Shown here one piece after another: positions 14,029 to 25,576 of a DNA stretch of 63,819 nucleotides. The stretch lies in contig NC_068988.1 of assembly GCF_001194135.2 (NCBI RefSeq), positions 67,116,556-67,180,374 on the forward strand. Direction: 5' to 3'. Source of the stretch: Octopus bimaculoides. Taxonomy: Eukaryota. How positions within the stretch are numbered: the stretch's first letter is position 1; every line of letters begins with the position of its first letter. The notes under the pieces are model-generated. The model did not search any database and was not told the DNA's origin. It was given only the letters and a program-made list of their open reading frames with translations. The position numbers and the translations under genes were made by a program.

Positions 14029-14095
<67 letters not shown>

Positions 14096-15260
14096 NNNNN
14101 NNNNNNNNNNNNNNNNNNNNNNNNNNNNNNNNNNNNNNNNNNNNNNNNNNNNNNNNNNNNNNNNNNNNNNNNNNNNNNNNNNNNNNNNNNNNNNNNNNNN
14201 NNNNNNNNNNNNNNNNNNNNNNNNNNNNNNNNNNNNNNNNNNNNNNNNNNNNNNNNNNNNNNNNNNNNNNNNNNNNNNNNNNNNNNNNNNNNNNNNNNNN
14301 NNNNNNNNNNNNNNNNNNNNNNNNNNNNNNNNNNNNNNNNNNNNNNNNNNNNNNNNNNNNNNNNNNNNNNNNNNNNNNNNNNNNNNNNNNNNNNNNNNNN
14401 NNNNNNNNNNNNNNNNNNNNNNNNNNNNNNNNNNNNNNNNNNNNNNNNNNNNNNNNNNNNNNNNNNNNNNNNNNNNNNNNNNNNNNNNNNNNNNNNNNNN
14501 NNNNNNNNNNNATGTACAAAAGAAAATTAAGTAAAATAGAAGAAGAACCTTCATATATGTTTCTGTCAAATCACTTAGCTTATGGAAATTCCCAAAAGTT
14601 ATAAATAATTACTTTAACGGTTGACGTATATATATATCTGCTGCTAACAACTTTTGCGTTGACACTTGAAACAAACTTTATACCAAATAGATCGTCAAGA
14701 AACTAACAAATGTTTTTATACCCGTGAATTAATTAGAGAAACAATCAATCCAGTAAAGTTGCTAGCCTTTAACAGCCAGGTTGTGAAAGACAATTTAAAA
14801 TTGTAAGTGTGAGGAATAGACGGAATGAAATGACATGCCGTGCGGAGATGATGGAAAATGTATTCACTTTATTTCTTTATTTATATTTTGTCGATTACAT
14901 TTTTAAAAGTATAAGTTGAAATTTCTGCATCTATTTAACGACCAATTACTACTACATATGTAGAATCCTCAATGAAGCACTGCTTTCAGTCAAATCTCGG
15001 CGACTCTACGCGATGTACGTATGTTCAAAACGAAGTGTTGCTCCTATATCTGATACAGTGTTGTAACTACACATAACTCGCTCCCACAATGGTGTACTGC
15101 TCGCAAATTCGGTACAGTGCTTTAGCGACTTGAGCGTGATAAATGATACTGCGATACATTTTGAAGTGTGGCTTTCCTATACACACACACACACACGCAC
15201 ACACACGCACGCACACACACATACACACACACACACACAAACAAACACACGCACACACAA

Positions 15261-15291
<31 letters not shown>

Positions 15292-16439
15292 CAGAACACA
15301 CAGACACACACACGCACACACACAAACACACACACACATGCAGACACACGCACACGCACAGCCTAGACCACATTCATAAAAATGAGTGTCATATTGATTG
15401 GCATTCAGTCCTTACCAACATATTTCAGCCACTGACACTGATATGCGATCCCTCACTCTTCGAATTCTGTTGTATGATAGTGGCCTCTGTTTCTCGAAGC
15501 TGACTGAACTCATGCCACCTCCCCTCAGACGCTCGCTCACCTTTTATTTAATCATAGATATTGTATTTTCTCTCCCAATGTTTCCACATTCAAAATAATT
15601 CTGCTGACAATTCCCCCCGTTTTTTCTGCAGCCGTCCATTTGTAATGCTTCGAGAATATCGACAACATTAATTCCACAAGCCTATTTCTCCAGACCATAC
15701 CATTTTATAAATGATTATAATGTTTCAGAATTATGAAGCCCAGATATGAATCAATTGTCTAGTCGAAGAGAGCGGAATATAGCCTAATACCAAATGGAAA
15801 GTTTCCTAGTTTGTAATCCAGGAATGTGACATGTAATGACGGTCGATGATCAAACCACTATAAACGCAGTTTAAATGGAAATATTAGAAACAAAATAAAA
15901 CAAAAGAAAATCAAAAAAGCAAACAAACAAAAAGAAAGACGAAAACAAAGCAAAACAAAAAGCAAAATGCACAGGCAATAAACGTTTCTTCTCTGAAGTT
16001 GAGATGCATTATTGTGGAAACTCTTAATTATAATTATCATTCATAGTTTTCTCTATGGAAATACTCGAATATTCAACATCTTGATGTTATGTAAGCATCA
16101 ATATATGATAAACATCAACGATCATTGATATAATATCATCAATATATAATTAAGCATATATGATCATCCATATATAAACAATTATATACGATCATCAACA
16201 AACGATCATCTTTTTACACACATAAATTCTGTTTCTCAAATTGTTATAGTAAATGTCACATATATCAGACATTTACTCAAGAGTCTAGTGCTGGCCTAAG
16301 CCGCGAGAAATGGCAACTGAATCCTCACCGAATTGCACACAGCCTTTATAAAAGAGAACATAACAATGGACAAGTAGCTACTCGTATACAAATGGACGGG
16401 ATTGTCATGACTGAAACGCTATAGAGAATATACTTTTGG

Positions 16440-16591
16440 AATTCACCGAAGGCGTTTGTATGCGGTTGCTCGACCTGTGAGAAATAGAAGCAACATTTCT
16501 CCCGATTTATCTTAAAATGGCGAGTATCACATTGAACAGAGTAGCTATTGTTACTTGAAACAGGTAAGTCGTGATGTTACCGTTGGTAACG

Positions 16592-16641
<50 letters not shown>

Positions 16642-16875
16642 TTATGATATTTCAAACTTAAATAACCTCACGGAAATACACTAAAAACAGTTCGTATAAA
16701 TACAAGCCTCTGCTTTATCACTCTCTTCAAAATGTAAACATTATATAATATAAACTTAGCTATGGCATTTCTAAAAAACGAAAACCTGAAAAGACGGAAG
16801 GTTGGATGGTCATGGTTGTAACACTTTTGGTCATAGGTCCGTCTCATTAAGCTGACCTAGGGCTAAACAACAACA
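16440..16875 (+). mobile_element. Diverged SINE-like repeat ending in an (AAC)n/(CAG)n-like tail
   Basis: gtatgcggttgctcgacctg.gagaaatag... and ggtcataggtc...gctgacctagggctaaacaacaacagc. I recognise this from memory as a cephalopod repeat; it is interrupted by (TA)n. Confidence 0.45.
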
Positions 16876-17027
16876 GCAACAGCAAAATCAACAGAAGCAG
16901 TAGAAGCATCAGTAGCAGAAGCAGAAACACCTCCACCAGCAGCAGCAGCAGCAACTCATCTAAACAATATAGAAATGAGAATATTATTCCAGTGGAATTA
17001 AATGTGAAGTTATCCGAAAGTACTTAC

Positions 17028-17112
17028 CTGTAGATAAAGAACGCAGTTAGCATAACGATGATTAGTAGAACGCCCAACACAATTACAACGATACCGTATT
17101 CTGGAAAAGGTT
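17028..17112 (-). CDS. Transmembrane-helix exon of the NPR-like gene
   Basis: ctttatag|AA CCT TTT...TAC AG|gtaagt; 85 nt, phase 1 to 2, completing the codon G|AA (Glu) from the previous exon. It encodes EPFPEYGIVVIVLGVLLIIVMLTAFFIYR, a single hydrophobic helix ending in the NPR-typical FFIYR. Confidence 0.93.
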
Positions 17113-17929
17113 CTATAAAGATACAAGCAACCATTAAGATAGTGTGTGAATAGATATAGATTAAAGCAGAACAGAAAGGCAAACAGTTTGGCAAGACTTG
17201 ACAAAGGCGTTTCATTTAGCTATATAATAAAAGACTTAGTCACTGACAACTGTTTCTAGAATATCCCAGCTATTGGAACATCGTTTCGAGCAAGGATCTT
17301 ATAGGTTAAGTATACCGTCATCGCAGAGAAATAGATTAAATATATGTAACAGCAGAAGAAAGTCCCTCATCAGTGATAGGAATTGTGGTTCATTACATCT
17401 AGAAAGGGAGTGTAAATCAAATTAAATACAATTAAAACGGGCATTCATTAGGTAAATCCATGAATTTAAAGAATGGTTTGATAGAAATTCATGTCAAGGG
17501 AAAATGGATGCTAGCAGTTCCAGAAAGGCAGTTACAAAATCACACCTTCAACTGCAATTGAAACCGGAATGTTAGTGACGTACTAATTTGAGAACTCGGA
17601 GCGCATACCTCTTCGTTTGAGTCACCCCGAGGAAAATTCCTCATATCTTTTATATGTGTATAGATATTGAACAACAATGGTTCAAGTAACGGATTAGAGT
17701 TATCCAATATTGCACATTGCCAAACTAAATGAACTTGAATTATTTATATTCAATAACAACTAAATTTAAAGTTTCTGAAGAAAAACTGCACTTCTAAGTT
17801 TTCAAGTAAATCTACATCCTGAGTACTTACAGTGGTTGTTGACTACTAAGAAACTTTTTGGTCTGTGTACATGAATGTGCATGACCTTATATAAAATGTG
17901 TGTACACGAATGTATGCAAATGTAACCTC

Positions 17930-18110
17930 GTGTGTATCGTTGGCGATTTTTCTTCCTCCGTCTTCCCTTCTTTGGACCTTCCTATATTTCCGACGAAAAG
18001 CTCCGCTCGAAACGTCAAATTCTCTTTCTTTCCTTTCCTGAGCGTCCAGTAACACAATATCTGTATCATGTCCTCGCGTTGTAGTTTTTTGTTGCTTTTT
18101 TCGTCGTTTT
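17930..18110 (+). mobile_element. Penelope-like terminal repeat fragment carrying a degenerate minimal hammerhead motif
   Basis: attt-CCGACGA-aaagctccgctc-GAAAC-GTC-aaat at 17986-18020, inside a pyrimidine-rich repeat related to 37720-37915. Confidence 0.6.
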
Positions 18111-18307
18111 TTCTTTGAGCTCACTATATATATNNNNNNNNNNNNNNNNNNNNNNNNNNNNNNNNNNNNNNNNNNNNNNNNNNNNNNNNNNNNNNNNNNN
18201 NNNNNNNNNNNNNNNNNNNNNNNNNNNNNNNNNNNNNNNNNNNNNNNNNNNNNNNNNNNNNNNNNNNNNNNNNNNNNNNNNNNNNNNNNNNNNTATATAT
18301 ATATATG

Positions 18308-18346
<39 letters not shown>

Positions 18347-18442
18347 TCACACACACATATATATATGCATGCATGTATTTATGAAATGTCTGTAAGCATG
18401 AATATATGAATGTGTGTATCTGTCCGTCTGTATGTCACTCTC

Positions 18443-18481
<39 letters not shown>

Positions 18482-19719
18482 CATGTATATATCCCAATAT
18501 ATGTGTGTGTGCGCGTGCGCCTGAGTGTGTGGGTATGTGCGTGTGGGTGTGTGTACGTGTGTGTATTGACATATCCGAAACCTTGTTTCAAAAAGCGACA
18601 ATGGTCTATCAGTAAACATGCACATACAGCAAGGTTGAGCTGTTGAAGTTTTTCATTACAAAATCTCTGAAACTTATTGGAGATCCAGTTTCATAATTAC
18701 GTTAGCAGCTGTGGTCTGTGTATAAATTTTATTACGGAAAATACCTTTCAGAGCGACACAGTATCGCAAACGCTCTAAAATGGTCATAACCAAATTTCCA
18801 GCAAATACGTGAATAACAGATGTTAGCTCGGGATGAATACTTCAGTAATTTGTCTTTCAACGGTGTACTTACATTATGTATGGGTATGTTATTTCAATAC
18901 TGTCTCTATTGCGTATAACAATTATCAATTCAGCAGAGCGGTCACTGTTTTATGCTCTGTGTCCTGTATATCGAAGTTGACAAATATTGTCTAAGGATGT
19001 AGATGGCAGTGTGTACATGCTATTGAAAATCTTCACTTGGGACGAAATTCGTCTGGCATTCTAGTTAGCCGCTGCTAGGATGATTTTCGTCTTTCTCTCT
19101 GATACTCTCTCACACACACACATACACACACAAACACACACACATACACACGCAAACACACACACATACGTATATACTAATATATACATATTATAATGCA
19201 TGCATAATTAATTCCCATACCCATGCACACATGCACGTGTGTATATTTATGGGTGTGTATATACTTATGTATATATACGTGTGCCTTTTCACGTGCGTAT
19301 ACTGTGGTTGTGTTTGGTTAGTAAATCATGGACCTCGGAAGTTTACTTGCCTTTCTTTCTCGTTATAACTTATATCCGTAATAACAATCATAAATAATTG
19401 TGCATAAAGGAAAGTAACATTCCGTTCAATGCATTAATTTGAACTTATTTTCCTGGTTGTCCAGTTCTTAATTTAACAGTTCATTTCTTGGGGTTACCCA
19501 GGTAGATTGATTACGTTTCTAATCATTCATTTAGCTGTCCACCGTTAGTCCAAATGACAATTATGTGAATGATTACATATATGTTTCACGTGACTATAAA
19601 ACTCTGCATCACGAATCGTTTAGTTAAACATTTTTTTGCGAGCAAACATAAACATCCACAAACAAATAAATACACGCATACACGCATAGGATATAATAAT
19701 AGATAACTTTATTTTTTTT

Positions 19720-19768
19720 GTCTCCGATGAAGGGAAGTACTGGATCTTCTCAGAAACAGCTGTAAGAC
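19720..19768 (+). ncRNA. Type I minimal hammerhead ribozyme motif (U4C variant)
   Basis: gtct-CCGATGA-a-gggaag-tactggat-cttctc-a-GAAAC-agct-GTA-agac. Stem I is gtct/agac, stem II has 6 bp with one GU, and stem III has a palindromic AGCT loop and a GUA cleavage triplet. Confidence 0.65.
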
Positions 19769-20667
19769 TCTATCCATAAAATTATTCAACCTTACCTTTG
19801 CTCTCTTTATCCTTTTGTTGTTATATATTTACATATACACACGCTAATACACGACTTATAATACCCAATCCTGTTCATACAACAATTGGGGCAAACTAAT
19901 CGGTATACAGCACTTACTCGGTATTACCTGTAACCTCCGGGGTTTGGTTAAATCTAATACCCTCCTCAAACTTATATATATATATATATATNNNNNNNNN
20001 NNNNNNNNNNNNNNNNNNNNNNNNNNNNNNNNNNNNNNNNNNNNNNNNNNNNNNNNNNNNNNNNNNNNNNNNNNNNNNNNNNNNNNNNNNNNNNNNNNNN
20101 NNNNNNNNNNNNNNNNNNNNNNNNNNNNNNNNNNNNNNNNNNNNNNNNNNNNNNNNNNNNNNNNNNNNNNNNNNNNNNNNNNNNNNNNNNNNNNNNNNNN
20201 NNNNNNNNNNNNNNNNNNNNNNNNNNNNNNNNNNNNNNNNNNNNNNNNNNNNNNNNNNNNNNNNNNNNNNNNNNNNNNNNNNNNNNNNNNNNNNNNNNNN
20301 NNNNNNNNNNNNNNNNNNNNNNNNNNNNNNNNNNNNNNNNNNNNNNNNNNNNNNNNNNNNNNNNNNNNNNNNNNNNNNNNNNNNNNNNNNNNNNNNNNNN
20401 NNNNNNNNNNNNNNNNNNNNNNNNNNNNNNNNNNTAACTGTGTTGTTAAATGCTTCTAAAAGAAAGGAAAAGAAAAGAAATACAAAAGAAAAAAGCAGAA
20501 GAACTTTGTTGTCAAATGAAACTTGAGACACGAACTTTGGGATGTAAAAATGATTGAAAAGCTTGTAATTGTTTGGAAACTTTGTCAACGTTATTGAACT
20601 GTTATGCCATGTATTGGAATTGTTATTATGTAATGCTCTATTCTAATGTTTTAAATGTATTCTGTGA

Positions 20668-20902
20668 TGTTATGTATGTACAAAGAAAAGGTTACCCAAC
20701 GCATGGTCTTCGTGTTGTTTCTTCCTCCCTGTCCTATTTGCCTGTGTTGTTCTTCGTTACGTGCTCCAGCCGGGGCTTTATTATCGGTCAGGATTGTACC
20801 GACAGACGAATTTGCTAGCTCACTGAGCGTATGAACGTTCGCGCGTGCGCGAGTCCCTTCTTCGGTGTTAAGGAGGTGCTTCGCGTGCGGGCGTTCGTAA
20901 CA
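20668..20902 (-). mobile_element. Possible solo LTR
   Basis: CpG-rich island bounded by tgttatg...cgtaaca (TG..CA, 7-bp inverted termini with one mismatch), with AATAAA on the minus strand. I found no target-site duplication. Confidence 0.4.
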
Positions 20903-21214
20903 ATATCAAATAAAAGATTTTGAAAATTAAAGGTGTCTATTTACTTCCTGCATGTCTGTGTATATGATATACATGTATACATATATATATATATGCATAT
21001 ACACACATGAACACACACATATAAGACAAGGTATAAATAACGGTTATTACACATTTTTCCTTTATTAGAACAAAGTTGGCCTACAGATGTTTCTAGTAGT
21101 CATTATAGATACGCTACTGATAAATTTACTCAGTAAGTGTATTGATTAGTTCATCAATCTCTCTTTTCTCTCTCTCCATATGTGTGTGTGTGTGTGTGTA
21201 TGTGTGTGTGTGTT

Positions 21215-21750
21215 TGTGGTAGTGTGGTAAGAAGCTTGCTTCCCAACCACGTGGTTCCGAGTTCAGTCTCACTGCGTGACACCTTGAGTCTTCTACTGTA
21301 GCCTCAGGCTGACCAAAGCATTGTGAGTGGATTTGGTAGTCACAAACTGAAAGAAGCCTGTCGTGTATATATATATATATATATATNNNNNNNNNNNNNN
21401 NNNNNNNNNNNNNNNNNNNNNNNNNNNNNNNNNNNNNNNNNNNNNNNNNNNNNNNNNNNNNNNNNNNNNNNNNNNNNNNNNNNNNNNNNNNNNNNNNNNN
21501 NNNNNNNNNNNNNNNNNNNNNNNNNNNNNNNNNNNNNNNNNNNNNNNNNNNNNNNNNNNNNNNNNNNNNNNNNNNNNNNNNNNNNNNNNNNNNNNNNNNN
21601 NNNNNNNNNNNNNNNNNNNNNNNNNNNNNNNNNNNNNNNNNNGCTAGGTTTACCAAAAATAAGCCTAGCGTAAATTTCATCGACTAAAAGTCCTTTCCAG
21701 GTGATATTCCAGCATGGCCACTGTCAACTGAAAGAAGCAAAAGAATAAAA

Positions 21751-21752
<2 letters not shown>
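21215..21752 (+). mobile_element. tRNA-derived SINE spanning an assembly gap
   Basis: The head gtgtggtaagaagcttgcttcccaaccacgtggttccgagttcagtc lies before the gap and the tail ccagcatggccactgtcaactgaaagaagcaaaagaataaaag lies after it. Confidence 0.8.
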
Positions 21753-21804
<52 letters not shown>

Positions 21805-21915
21805 GCGAACACACGCGCGCACATACATAGACACACACGCACATGCACATATACGTCCTCATAGATTCACATATATACGTATGTATTAAAAGCCGTGATA
21901 TATCACAAGACGTAC

Positions 21916-22054
21916 CGTCAGGTGGGCATTTCGATTTATTATATCCGCATGTAGGTGTGTCTGGAGGAGGGGATTTTCTTCCACCTGCCCAGTGTATGGT
22001 TCTGTTTGGCACAGGTACATATTGTTTCTTATTGCCGAAATAATTAGCGACAAC
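21916..22054 (-). CDS. Next exon of the NPR-like gene: end of the extracellular domain with the juxtamembrane Cys pair
   Basis: ttacag|GTT GTC GCT...CCT GAC G|gtacg; 139 nt, phase 0 to 1, in frame with the 30779-30870 exon. It encodes VVANYFGNKKQYVPVPNRTIHWAGGRKSPPPDTPTCGYNKSKCPPD, matching the family W...PPPD-x-P-x-CG...C motif. Confidence 0.95.
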
Positions 22055-25000
22055 CTGTAACGAAGAGTGATAAACCAGAACAATGCCATACATTACATGT
22101 ATTGTAAAATGTAAAGAAATATATATAATGTTAAAGAAATATATCGATATAATTGGAATGAACAATTGAAGAAAACATTTAATAATGTAAGATATGTCTA
22201 TGCAGGAACTGCAAAACAAAATTTTAATCAAAAACAAAAATCCTCATGTAATGATAAATTATTTATTTCGCTAGAGGGCAGATGATTATATGAATCAAAA
22301 AGAAAAAAAATGCTAACTCTGGATTGTGCGAGGGGTTCATGTTTAGATACTGACATTTTGAAACGAGGTTTGTATTTGATTAAAAATGCAATGTTTCTGT
22401 AGAACTCTGTAGCACCGAAAGTAACAGAGAAATTCTTACTGGAGGACAACGAAAATGTTTTCCAGATTTTAGCCTTTGATGGTAAATTGAAATGAGTTAT
22501 ATGAGTATATATTCTGCACTTATGCATTAAGTGAGAATGTAAATATAGTCTGAGGTGAGACGCAGGTAAGAAGATGTGCAATAGTAGTTTGCCGAGGTAC
22601 AATCGATAATAATATAGAACAACCAGATAAGGAAAGAAAAGAAATGCTTGTGCTGCAGTCGACGATAATGTAAAACGCTTAGGTAATAAAAAAGAGTTGA
22701 TTTGTAAAGAGCTGGGAAGGTATGCGAAAATACTTGTTTATGATTCACTAAACTATAAAGATGATTAAACTAGAAAGTTTCAGAATCGAAGTGAATATAA
22801 TGGTACATATAAATTGATGAATATTTGTATCATATGAATGGTGGTGGAGTGACACTACTGGGAAAAAATCAGGGTAGAATGAGTGGTACAGTTACTAGAA
22901 CTGGAGGTCATTGGAGTGGTGCACTAAGTAGAGCCTCAACGTAATGGAGTGGTATAATCATAGAGGTGGACTAGTCTGTAACGCATGCGAGCAGTGAGAA
23001 AGGCAGTTGGTAGACTATAAGAGCAATGTGGTATACTAGTCAGGATGTTAGGGAGATGGTGTCATACTAGATGTGGTATACTAGTCAGGATGTTAGGGAG
23101 ATGGTGGAGAGTTATATTAACGGGTAACTTTGAAATATAATAGCACCGAAGAACAGAAGTAAATTTAAACAGTTATTCCCTCTCTCAAATTCTGTCCTTT
23201 TTTGCCAATGTGAGAATGCCAACTGAAATAGAAGGAGATACAACGAAAAGATCTATGTATTGAACTCTTGAGCTACTTCCTTATGAATATCAAGCAAGTC
23301 TGTCCTATTATATCTCTATATAGATATGTAAAATAATTTTCCTACTCTACAAATAGAATGGTTTCAGATTTTATATTGATTTTTATGAAACCATATTACT
23401 TCAAAAAATTATTTTATGGTTATTCTCATGTAAGAGAACAATTCTAGATTTCCTTTTGAATCCATAGTCGTTGAAGAACTTATTCTATAATTTCTATTAT
23501 AAGCGTAGAAATATTCAATTGTAATTTGGGGTTAAAAAGTCACTTGAACTTTGCCTCAACAATATTATTTTTGAAATTTGCAGTAATGGTTTGTTATAAG
23601 CATCTTGCTAATAAAATTATATGTTGCGAAGATATGTGAAATCGGAACATAATAGACAACTTCATGACAATATGTTATTGTCACATTGAACTTTAAATGG
23701 TATTTATTAATTAGAAATCATTACCCCTTAGATTCTGAAAATACACAAAAGCTTTTATAATTACTTTGAAAAACATTGTTTACTCTAAACATTTCACGTA
23801 AATAGTTTTATAATTTTATAACCTTTCAAATAATTTCTTTAACCAGTTATAAATGCATTCAAAGAGTTTATAAGTAGATATTTTCCAAAGGAATGCATTT
23901 TATGACAAATTATATATCTTGTCTTTTAGAGAAGATATTATTTAAGCAAGGACAATTACTGTAATTTAAATAGTTGATGTTTAATTACAAATTAACGCGC
24001 TTTGAAAAATATGAGTCGCAAATAACATGCAAAGCTAAACTAGAGGAATAAATATTTAACTTGACGTTTAAGTAGTTTGTGTGGAATTTCAGGAGAGTCC
24101 TAAATTTAAAGGCTATATTTTTCTGAGTTTACATTCAATGTTTTGTTCATGTTCCCTCGGTTTTCTGTTAAGCATTAATTTTTATGACTAAGTTTACTTT
24201 TTACTAGCTCATATTAAACAAGTGTGATTTTTTAATCATTCCTACTATAGTTACGCATATCTTATTGCCTTGAAGCTTTTAGCATATATAGTTGAAATAT
24301 TGCTTTGACTATTTAAAGTAATAGAGAGCTATTTTATTCCATTCACTGAGATTTAATCAACATTTTCTGATTTGAGAGAACTCGGTTAAATAATCCTACT
24401 GTTCCACACAAATATTACACATTAAACATCAAGAAATTATCCACGTGTGTGATGAGAAATATGTGTTCTATCGTTTATATAGACCTGCTAATTCTGTGAA
24501 TAGGCATTACTCACTTGTATCCTTTTCTGTATGTCAGCTGCGACAGATTTCCTTCTCAGATTAAAAATTAAAATGATACATAGAATACTGTTTTTGTTCT
24601 ATCCCACATTAGTCTTCAAAAGATCTAATTTAATTATTTTGATCTAATTAATGAATTTAAAAGGAAAATCAATACTTTCTGTTGAAAGCATCTTTCAATA
24701 TATAACAAGCTAATAGAAACTGTAAGAACTATAAAATTTAGGTATTTTAATTAATCTTAAGTTAATAGTGATAATATTAATTTTATAGAGCATATGTAAA
24801 AATACAAGTGACGAGAATAAAAATAAAATTATGTAAAATGTTTGAAAACGTTCTTCGTTATCCACTTGTCTTATGCATAATACACAAACAAATACAAATA
24901 CATACCCAACACACGCACACCACACACATATGAATGTGTGTTTGTTTGCATATATATGAGTGTGTATAAGTGTGGATGAGTGTGCGTGACAGAGACAGAT

Positions 25001-25380
25001 AAATAGACAGACAGGCAGGCAGGCAGATAGATAGAGTGGGAGAGAGAAATTAACTCTCCTGCCAAGAAGGATCTATGAATGTTCTAGTTGTTCGATCAAA
25101 TGAACTGGCTATTTTTGAATTAACGTATAAGTGGCTGAGTTCTCCACAGACTTGTGTGCCCTTAGAATAATTATCAAGCAAGTCAGCGCGAGGGAATATG
25201 ATGCTAATAGGATATTTGAACTACAAGTAGGGACAATCAGAAAAAAACTTCTACATAATTTCAGTCGAATTTCAATTGAAAGCTTCCATTAACTCGAGGA
25301 TATGTTAAAACAGAAATTTCTTCGAAATGCCAGATGCCGCACATGAACCTGGGATCTCATCATTGCAAAGTAAAAGTGTT

Positions 25381-25576
25381 AACCTCTTGACAATGCATGT
25401 CAACTTCTTGCCAATGCATGTCAACCTATTGACAATGTTTGTGAAATTGCATGTGCATGTAAATTTTGCATGTTAACCTTTTGACAATGTTTGTGAAATT
25501 GCATGTGCATTTAAAGTTTGCATGTTAACCTTTTGACAATGTTTGTGAAATTTCATATGTATATAAATTTACATGG
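25381..25576. repeat. Compound minisatellite: two 21-bp units followed by three ~52-bp units
   Basis: aacctcttgacaatgcatgtc x2 (diverged), then aacc(t/a)tttgacaatgtttgtgaaattgcatgtgcat.taaa.tttgcatgtt x3. Confidence 0.9.

Noticed and set aside
16467-16530. Plus-strand CAG|gtaagt donor suggesting an exon
   Set aside because: It lies within a SINE-like repeat, and the upstream frames are short or closed.
22228-22602. Possible GIY-YIG remnant on the minus strand
   Set aside because: The resemblance (GATEF..., NLSLHEDF) is too weak to support without an alignment.
25381-25576. CRISPR-like array (also 23026-23106 and 62454-62522)
   Set aside because: The units are contiguous tandem repeats without unique spacers, there are no cas genes, and the context is eukaryotic.
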